64,000 nucleotides of DNA, from contig CAWJPY010000020.1 of assembly GCA_963844865.1 (NCBI GenBank), positions 48,298 through 112,297 on the forward strand, written 5' to 3'. This document shows, one piece after another, positions 48,590 through 55,235 of the stretch. The number at the start of each line of letters is the position of its first letter. Within the stretch, counting starts at the first letter, position 1. This DNA is from an uncultured Holophagae bacterium (lineage in GTDB: Bacteria > Acidobacteriota > Thermoanaerobaculia > Thermoanaerobaculales > Sulfomarinibacteraceae). The translations under genes and the position numbers were made by a program. The notes under the pieces are model-generated. The model saw nothing but the letters and a program-made list of their open reading frames with translations. It did no database searches and was not told where the DNA came from.

Positions 48590-49544
48590 TCACCGCCCGC
48601 CTCCCCGACGAGGGGGCCATGTCGTCTGTTCGGCTGCCCGGCATGGGCTCGCCGTGGCCACCGGTGTCGGGGCCGGCGTCGGGCGCAGCACCTCGAAGGC
48701 GAGCGCGCGGTCGATGCGCAGGTCGTCGCCGAGGGTGGCGTTGACGTCGAACACGTAGCGGCCTGGCTCCAGGTCCTCGGTGGGTATGGGCACGCAGGAT
48801 GGTGCGCCGGAAGCCGGGCAGGACCGGCATGGAGGGCAGGGCATCCACTAGGTCATCATGCCCGCGGGCAGCTCGCCGCTGGTGCGGGCCTGCTCGAAAG
48901 CTCGGCTGGTGCTCTACGCCCGGGAAACGGCCGCGCCCCAGACCGCGTACTGCCGTTCAGGCGGACATGGGCGGATCCGGTGCTGGAGATGTCGAAGACC
49001 GCGACCGGACCGTTGGCCGTGGTTTGAACGCTCAGGTCGTTGAGGACACCGCCGGCGCTCCACCTCGCCAACGTAGCCGTACACGGCCACGCCCAGCTTG
49101 AAGGAGACCTGGAAGCCGGGGTCGGATCACTGGTAGGTATCTGCTGGAAGTAGATCATGGCCCGGTGCTCGCCGGGCTCGAGCTGGATCCTCGGACGGAT
49201 CGGAGAAGCGCACCGCCTGCGAGCCCCCGGGCTCGACAGTGAAGCGCAGGGGCGAGATGAGCATCCACTGGTCCAGGGACTGCTCGGTGGGCTCCACGGC
49301 CCGCACCCGGTTGCTCTCGTCCAGGTCCCAGGTCCTCGACGCTGACCGCTACCTCCACCGCCTTGTCGCCGAAGTTGAACAGGCGGATCGTTTCCATGGA
49401 GGGGCGGGGGCCGATCCGGACCTCCATCCGGGGCGGGCTGACAGCGATCTGGGGTGGCGCCAGCCCTTGCTGGCCGGCGGCCGTTGCGGCGAGGCCGGTC
49501 ACACATGCCATGAAGGCACACAGTGCTCCCGTCGTGTTGTGCAT
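48590..49544 (-). pseudogene. periplasmic pilus chaperone-like protein (PapD-like fold guess), several frame changes; 3' end uncertain
   Basis: MHNTTGALCAFMACVTGLAATAAGQ..PPQIAVSPPRMEVRIGPRPSMETIRLFNFGDKAVEVAVSV, then SLDQWMLISPLRFTVEPGGSQAVRFSIRP..PGEHRAMIYFQQ, then GRYVFDVNATLGDDLRIDRALAFEV. Confidence 0.45.
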
Positions 49545-49605
49545 GGATCGATCCCCTCGTTCCGTCCAGGCCGAGTGTACCTCGGAGGTCGGCCGACACC
49601 TGCCG

Positions 49606-50197
49606 TCAAAAGTGGTTGACGGTCAGGATCAGTGTGCCGCTGTACGTGCCGGAGGTGCGGATCCGCGAGAGATCCAGCTCCAGCAGCACCCCCCCCTCGT
49701 AGGTGACGCCGTCGTCCTGCCGGGAGACCAGGCGCGGCGGCAGCGGCCACGGCCCTGACCGCTATTTCGGGCTCCCCGGAGGCTGAGGGCGCCAACCGGC
49801 CGGCGCTCCCGGTGATGCCCACCACCTCCGCCTGCACATCGACGGCGTCTGAGGAGAACGCTCCCGACTCCGCGAGCGGGACCCGAAGGGTCCAGACTCC
49901 CTCCAGCCTCCGCTGGATCTTCATGGTCGTCGTTTCTGCCAGCCCCGCTGTGCCGGCGACCGCGAACCCACCGCCCGAAGCGGGCTGCCCCAGGGCGGTC
50001 ATCAACTCCCGGGGAGAGATGGGCTGCAGGGCGAGCCGCGGTTCGCGCACCTTCAGCGTGACCACATCGGGACGCACGCGCCAGTGGGAAGCGGCGCCCA
50101 GGGGTCTCCTGGGCGCCGGCAAGATCTGCCTGTCCGCGGCCGCCGCGACCGAGGCGAGGAGGAGAAGCACGGCGCAGACCTGGTTCGTCCGTCGCAT
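49606..50197 (-). pseudogene. secreted pilin-like subunit 2, one frameshift near 49750
   Basis: MRRTNQVCAVLLLLASVAAAA... The C-terminus in a second frame reads ..VTYEGGVLLELDLSRIRTSGTYSGTLILTVNHF. GGAGAGGA precedes ATG 50197. Confidence 0.5.
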
Positions 50198-50243
50198 CGT
50201 TCCTCTCCGCCCTGCCCTCGGCCCCGACTTCATGCCCGTCGAC

Positions 50244-50852
50244 TCAAGGCGCCGATGCCACGATGGTGAACGTACCGCCGTAGGTGCCGGAGCTGCGGGT
50301 GGACGTGAGGTCCAGCCCCATGGCGAAGTCGCCGACGGCGGCGTTCACCAGACCCGGCGACTGGATGCTAATGGACGCTGCAGTGGTTGGCCCGGTGCTG
50401 GTGACGCTGTTGGAATCAGCGTCGATCACCGTGACGTCATTGATACCGATCGAGCCGCTGGCGCCGGGGAGCGACGCCTGGTCGGACTGGAGGGAGACGG
50501 AGACGTTGCCGGTGGTGGACAGCGAGCGCACCGCCCAAGCATTCTCCAGGGTCAGGGTGACGTCGCTGAGATTGGAGAGCGGAGAGTCGAGTGTGGGGTT
50601 GGTGATGCCGAGATCCGCGGTGAGGCCCCCCGTGCCGGTGACGTCTCCGAGATCGACTCCACCCGTGCCGTTCACGAGGTCGGTTGCGTCGATGTTGACG
50701 GTCACGTCACTGTAGTAGTACAGGATGATCAGGTTCGGCAGGTTGATGTCCACCGCCATCGTTCCGTTCGCGGTCGCCTGCGCGGAGGCGGTGGCGGGCA
50801 GCAGCGCTGCCAGGGCCAGGGCCGTCATGGTTACGAGAATTGCCTTCTTCAT
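50244..50852 (-). CDS. secreted pilin-like subunit 1
   Basis: MKKAILVTMTALALAALLPATASA signal peptide. The C-terminus ..GDFAMGLDLTSTRSSGTYGGTFTIVASAP is paralogous to subunit 2. GGGAGGA precedes the ATG. Confidence 0.55.
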   Translation of the reverse strand: MKKAILVTMTALALAALLPATASAQATANGTMAVDINLPNLIILYYYSDVTVNIDATDLVNGTGGVDLGDVTGTGGLTADLGITNPTLDSPLSNLSDVTLTLENAWAVRSLSTTGNVSVSLQSDQASLPGASGSIGINDVTVIDADSNSVTSTGPTTAASISIQSPGLVNAAVGDFAMGLDLTSTRSSGTYGGTFTIVASAP

Positions 50853-50936
50853 CGTGTCCTCCCATTCTTTCTTGTAGGTTGTGCTCACTTGATGCACTCT
50901 GGATGCGCCCTGTGTGGCGCTCGCCTGCACAGTTCA

Positions 50937-50951
50937 GCAAGAGCGATGCCA
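50937..50951 (-). promoter_or_regulatory. candidate sigma-54 promoter (TGGCAT-N5-TTGC) upstream of the pilin-like operon
   Basis: The minus strand reads gatcTGGCATcgctcTTGCTgaact. The predicted leader to ATG 50852 is ~73 nt. Confidence 0.45.
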
Positions 50952-51015
50952 GATCCTGCTCAAGGTCTCGGCCGGTGAATGACGCGGTGCGTCATCTTTG
51001 GAACAGGATCTGTCC

Positions 51016-51028
51016 CATTCCGGGAATG
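51016..51028. promoter_or_regulatory. palindrome CATTCC-G-GGAATG, embedded in tgtcccATTCCGGgaatgac
   Basis: It shares the ATTCCGG core with the repeats at 39824-39980. It lies ~65-80 nt upstream of the 50951 promoter candidate. Confidence 0.35.
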
Positions 51029-51202
51029 ACGGCGGGCGGAGCGTGCGGGTGATCGGTCGCACAGCCGGGGAGGAGGGTGCGGGCTACAGTGGGTTGGACA
51101 GGATCGACTCGGGCGTGCGAGGGCTTGCGGCGCGCACGTTGGCACGATCGGCGGCGCGCGCCGGCGTCGGACCGGCGGCGGCTTTGCCAGGGAGGACCTT
51201 CA

Positions 51203-51934
51203 GTGGCACAGGCGGTGCGACGCGCCCTCATCATCCCGGCGCGAGAGGACGGCGAAACGGATCTCTACCGGCGGCTCTTGCCGGCCCTGGGGAATCTCGA
51301 GTGTGAGGCGTCCCGGCTGCCGGGGGGCGTCAGCCCCTTCCAGGAGGTGGAGCGCACCTCCTACGATCTGGTGATTCTCGGGTATCCCCTCCAGCGCTGC
51401 GAGCTGCCGGCCCTCCTCAAGTCCATCCGGTGGCGGGAGTCGTCCTGCCGCAACGCAGCGGTGCTGGTGCTCGCCGAACGCATCGCCCTCTCCCGGGTCA
51501 AGCTGTTGGTGAATCGGGGCATCAACCGTGTGCTCCCCGACGACGCCACCGACTGGGAGCTGGAGAGCGTCCTCCGAGACCTCTTGAAGGTCGAGCCTCG
51601 ACTGGACCTCTCCCTGCCGGTGAAGCTGGAGCTGTGGCTGGCGGGGAAGACCGAGCGTGTCGTCGCCCAGTGCGACAATCTCTCCGCCTCGGGCATGCTG
51701 ATCCGTGGCCGTTGGGAGGTGGAGATCGGATCTCCCGCGACCTTCGAGCTCACGCCCCCCGGGCAGCCCAGCCCCATCCGCGGCACCGCGGAGGTGGTGC
51801 GCCCGACGCTGCGCGAGCGCGAGGGTCTCGTCGGATTCGGGATCCAGTTCGTGTACTTCGAGGGTGACGGGCAGCAGCGGCTGGCGTCGTTTGTCAACCG
51901 CCAGCGAGCGTCTGCTTCCGGTTCCGCGCGGTGA
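51203..51934 (+). CDS. PilZ-domain protein with a receiver-like N-terminal domain
   Basis: GTG 51203 follows GGAGGA. The C-terminal part ..RLDLSLPVKLEL..AQCDNLSASGMLIRG fits the (D/N)xSxxG PilZ motif. Confidence 0.6.
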   Translation: MAQAVRRALIIPAREDGETDLYRRLLPALGNLECEASRLPGGVSPFQEVERTSYDLVILGYPLQRCELPALLKSIRWRESSCRNAAVLVLAERIALSRVKLLVNRGINRVLPDDATDWELESVLRDLLKVEPRLDLSLPVKLELWLAGKTERVVAQCDNLSASGMLIRGRWEVEIGSPATFELTPPGQPSPIRGTAEVVRPTLREREGLVGFGIQFVYFEGDGQQRLASFVNRQRASASGSAR

Positions 51935-52025
51935 TCGGGTCCCGCGGCCGGCCCGTGGGCCGGGTGCGGCAGAGCCTGAGCCGCCGGCTTGACCGTTGAC
52001 GGCCGACGGAGCAGACTCGCACACC

Positions 52026-53309
52026 ATGAACGAGCTGGTCCTGATCGTGGACGACGAGCCCGGAATCCTCACGACGCTGTCGGGCATCCTGAGCGACGAG
52101 GGGTACCGCACCCTGACCACCACCAGCGGCGAGGAGGCGATCGAGCTCTACCGCCGTGAGCATCCGGACGTGGTGTTCCTGGACATCTGGCTGCCGGACC
52201 GCGACGGTCTCGAGACCCTGGAGGCGCTGCGCCAGCTGGACCCGGGGGTGGCGGTCATCATGATGTCCGGGCACGGCACGTCGGCGACGGCCGTGAAGGC
52301 CGTCAAGATGGGCGCCCACGACTACCTGGAGAAACCGCTCTCCTACGATCAGGCCGTCGATGCGGTGGAAAGCGCCCTGGGCAGGAGGTCCGGTGACCTG
52401 CACGCCAACGGCCTCGCGCAGGCCGCGGGCGACCGCGCCTACCAGCAGCCCCCGCGGCTGCCACTGCTCCAGCCCACCGACCGGCCGCAACGCACCATCC
52501 GCTCCAGCTCCGTGATGTACGGGCTCGGGCTGCATTCGGGCATGCGCACCGGGATGGTGATGCAGCCCCTGCCACCCGACAGCGGGATCCACTTCCTGAC
52601 GCTGCCTCGGGGGACCGAGATTCCGGCCCACATCACGTCGGTGGCGGAGACCGACTATGCCACCACCCTCACCGGCGGCGGCGACAGCATCCGCACCGTG
52701 GAGCATCTCCTGTCGGCGCTCCACGCCTACGGGATCAGTAACCTCCTGATCAAGGTCCACGGCGAGATCCCCGTGCTCGACGGGTCGGCCCTGGAGTTCT
52801 GCGACCACTTGGACGAGATCGGCGTCGTGGATCAGCCCGCTCCCCGCCAGGAGATCGTCATCGACCGCGTCTATGAGGTCGGGGACGGGGACCGGACGCT
52901 GTCCATCGAACCAGCGGACTCGTTCTCCGTGTCCTACCTGCTGCGTTACCCGCCGCCGGTGGGGGAGCAGCGCCACGACTTCACCCTCGATGACCCCGCG
53001 GAGTACCGGGCGCGGATCGCGCCGGCGCGCACCTTCGGCTTCATGCGTGACCTGAAGATGATGAACGAGCTCGGGCTCGGCTCCGGGGGTCGCCTGGACA
53101 ACTTCGTCCTGGTGGGCGAGGACGAGGTGATCAACACCGAGCTCCGGTTTCCAGACGAGTTCGTCCGTCACAAGATCCTCGACATCATCGGGGATCTCTA
53201 CCTGTTGGGCTACCCGGTCCGGGGGAGGGTGACGGCGCGCCTGACCGGCCATCGCCACAACATCGCCCTGCAGCGTGCGATCCTCGAGCAGGCCGGCCAG
53301 AGGGCTTAG
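52026..53309 (+). CDS. lpxC: response-regulator receiver domain fused to UDP-3-O-acyl-GlcNAc deacetylase (REC-LpxC)
   Basis: REC: LVLIVDDEPGIL..FLDIWLPDRDG..MSGHG..EKPL. LpxC: GLGLHSG, TVEHLLSAL, FVRHKILDIIGDLYLLG and TGHRHNIAL, so the metal and catalytic residues appear present. Confidence 0.85.
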   Translation: MNELVLIVDDEPGILTTLSGILSDEGYRTLTTTSGEEAIELYRREHPDVVFLDIWLPDRDGLETLEALRQLDPGVAVIMMSGHGTSATAVKAVKMGAHDYLEKPLSYDQAVDAVESALGRRSGDLHANGLAQAAGDRAYQQPPRLPLLQPTDRPQRTIRSSSVMYGLGLHSGMRTGMVMQPLPPDSGIHFLTLPRGTEIPAHITSVAETDYATTLTGGGDSIRTVEHLLSALHAYGISNLLIKVHGEIPVLDGSALEFCDHLDEIGVVDQPAPRQEIVIDRVYEVGDGDRTLSIEPADSFSVSYLLRYPPPVGEQRHDFTLDDPAEYRARIAPARTFGFMRDLKMMNELGLGSGGRLDNFVLVGEDEVINTELRFPDEFVRHKILDIIGDLYLLGYPVRGRVTARLTGHRHNIALQRAILEQAGQRA

Positions 53310-53434
53310 CAGCGTCCTCGTCAGCGATCGGGGGCAGCGACAGCGATCGGCGACGGCGGCCGCGGCAGTCAACAGCGTCGGCGATCAGCGCACAGCGCCC
53401 GTCGCCCCCGGTACGTCACTGAAAGTGGAGGCCG

Positions 53435-53788
53435 TCAGGCGTGCGGGTTGAGGAGGCGCCATGTCATCGCCCGCACGCGGTCGAAGAGATCCAGGGCGGT
53501 CTGTGCCCAGGATCGATTGACGGCTCCTGTCGCGGCGAGGAGCCGCAGGTGGGTGTCGACCTCTTTAGCGGAGGCATACGCAATCCGCCAGTGGTGCAGC
53601 CGGTCCCGACCGGACCGACCGTGGCCTTCCGCCAGGTTCGCGGGCACCGAGCTCGCCGAGCGAATCACCTGGTCGGCAATCGCCTTCAGGGGCGCCGGCA
53701 ACCTCATTACGAGCTTGATAGCCCCGCTCGCAGCTTCGAGCGCCAAGCGATGAGCAGCAAGGCCGGGTTGGGTGTTGGCATCGAGCAT
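53435..53788 (-). CDS. four-helix-bundle protein (23S rRNA intervening-sequence protein family; Avd-like fold)
   Basis: 117 aa: MLDANTQPGLAAHRLALEAA..ADQVIRSASSVPANLAEGHGRSGRDRLHHWRIAYASAKEVDTHLRLL... SD GGAGGTG lies 4 nt before ATG 53788. Confidence 0.8.
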   Translation of the reverse strand: MLDANTQPGLAAHRLALEAASGAIKLVMRLPAPLKAIADQVIRSASSVPANLAEGHGRSGRDRLHHWRIAYASAKEVDTHLRLLAATGAVNRSWAQTALDLFDRVRAMTWRLLNPHA

Positions 53789-53974
53789 GGTCACCTCCGG
53801 GTCGTTCATGCCTCCTCTCACAAGCCGGTGGCCGACCCATGTCAAGGGTGCTTCGCAGCTGCACAGCAGCTGCGAAGCACCGGACCATCGGTCCGGCCCA
53901 CCCTCGGCGAGGGTGGGCCCTTTACCTGGGCCGGCCACCGGCTACGTTCTCGGACGAACGACCCGGAGATGACC
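53789..53974 (-). promoter_or_regulatory. ~185-nt fold-back that can sequester the SD and start codon of the four-helix-bundle gene
   Basis: On the minus-strand RNA, GGUCAUCUCCGGGUCGUUC (53974-53956) can pair over 19 bp (one G-U) with GAACGACCCGGAGGUGACC (53807-53789). Perfect internal hairpins are GTGCTTCGCAGCTGC-aca-GCAGCTGCGAAGCAC and GGCCCACCCTC-ggc-GAGGGTGGGCC. Confidence 0.6.
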
Positions 53975-54000
53975 ATGCCGCCGATCGCTGCCGCCGATCG

Positions 54001-54573
54001 CTACGTCTGTCCGTCTCCGACCACGAGCATGGCGAGGCGGGAGGCGCCGCCGGAGAGGTCCCTGTGCAGCCGGAGGGGCGCCGGGATCTCCCTGAGGTCC
54101 GCCTGCGCCGGGCACTCCAGGCAGGCCAGGGCGCCGGGCGCCAGGAGGTCGCGGGCAAACGCGTGGGCGAGCGCTGAGAGCCCCTCCTGCCAGGACGTGA
54201 AGGGTGGATCCGCCCAGGCGAGGTCGAAGCGCTGGTCGCGCTTCAGGAGCGTCGTCAGTGCCGAGGCAACGGGCCTGAGCAGGATCTGCGCGTGCTCCCG
54301 CTCGACGCCGAGAGCCTCCCGATTGGCCTCGATCAACCTCGCCGCCGAGCGTTGTCGCTCCACGAACACCACCCGCGCCGCGCCGCGGGAGAGGGCCTCG
54401 AACCCCACCGCTCCGGAGCCCGCGTAGAGGTCGAGGAACGAGGCGCCGGTCACGCGGTCTGCGAGGACCGCGAAAGCCCGCTCGCGAAGGGCGTCGGGGG
54501 TGGGTCGCAGCGCCGTCCCGCGGCCCGGCCCCCGCAGGCGGCGCGACCGCCACTCGCCGCCGGTGATTCTCAT
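54001..54573 (-). CDS. rsmD: 16S rRNA (guanine966-N2)-methyltransferase RsmD
   Basis: 190 aa with LDLYAGSGAVGFEALSRGA and WADPPF. Confidence 0.85.
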   Translation of the reverse strand: MRITGGEWRSRRLRGPGRGTALRPTPDALRERAFAVLADRVTGASFLDLYAGSGAVGFEALSRGAARVVFVERQRSAARLIEANREALGVEREHAQILLRPVASALTTLLKRDQRFDLAWADPPFTSWQEGLSALAHAFARDLLAPGALACLECPAQADLREIPAPLRLHRDLSGGASRLAMLVVGDGQT

Positions 54574-55235
54574 CCCGTCTCCGGGTCGACGCGAAGGATG
54601 ACGTTGCTGCGGGCATCGACCGGTACCAGCTCATGGATGCCGGTGCCGTCGTGCTCCAACACCAGGGTGCCGTCCTCCCGCACCTCCCGGACCGTGGCTC
54701 CCGTGCCATTGCGCAGCTCGACCCGATCGCCCCGCTTTGGCCTCCAGGAGGCCAGCTCGGGGATCCGCTCGGGACCCCAGATGACGCGGGCTTCGACGTC
54801 GTCCAGGGTGGCTGCCAGGCGAGCCGTGACCAGATCCAGCACGGCGACCGACGAGTAGCGGACCTGGACGGGAGCATCGGGCCCCAGGTGCAGCAGGATG
54901 AGACCGTTGCCGCCGTTCCCCCGCGCGCCGTGGTGCCGCCTGGCCTCGGCCAGCTCGTCGGCGTCCCGCTGCAGCGCTGCCAGGTAGCCGGCGTACTCGT
55001 CCTGGTCCAGAAGCTGCTGGCGCAGGAGCACCCGGACCGAGCCCTGGTGGACCGAGACCACGGCGACGCGGTTGTCGAACAGGGTCACCCGCACCTTGCG
55101 TCCGGTCACCTCCAGGGTCCGCTCAACGATGGGAGACGGGGCCTGTTGAGCGTTCGCGTCTCCCGGGAGCAGGATGGCGGCCGTCAACGCAAACAGGACG
55201 AGGAGCGGGCCTCCGCCCCATCCGGTGATCCTCAT
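54570..55235 (-). CDS. secreted hypothetical protein
   Basis: MRITGWGGGPLLVLFALTAAILLPGDANAQ signal peptide. ATGA overlaps on both sides, consistent with an operon with the CCA-enzyme gene and rsmD. Confidence 0.55.
   Translation of the reverse strand: MRITGWGGGPLLVLFALTAAILLPGDANAQQAPSPIVERTLEVTGRKVRVTLFDNRVAVVSVHQGSVRVLLRQQLLDQDEYAGYLAALQRDADELAEARRHHGARGNGGNGLILLHLGPDAPVQVRYSSVAVLDLVTARLAATLDDVEARVIWGPERIPELASWRPKRGDRVELRNGTGATVREVREDGTLVLEHDGTGIHELVPVDARSNVILRVDPETG

Larger units (their letters stand above)
53310..54000 (-). mobile_element. four-helix-bundle cassette 3 (intact), filling the whole gap between convergent lpxC-fusion and rsmD stop codons
   Basis: Left Z arm cagcgatcgg..gcagcgacagcgatcggcgacggcgg faces right 13-mers gccgccgatcgct x2 (53977-54002). 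The arms enclose the gene and its 5' fold-back. Confidence 0.6.

Noticed and set aside
53435-53788. Four-helix-bundle (Avd-like) genes as part of a diversity-generating retroelement or retron.
   Set aside because: No reverse transcriptase ORF, no template/variable repeat pair with adenine-specific differences, and no msr/msd-like structure adjacent. The idea is kept only as a genome-wide check.
53310-54000. The cassette as a genuine 23S rRNA intervening sequence.
   Set aside because: The flanking sequences are protein-coding genes (the lpxC fusion and rsmD). No rRNA sequence is recognisable anywhere in the window.
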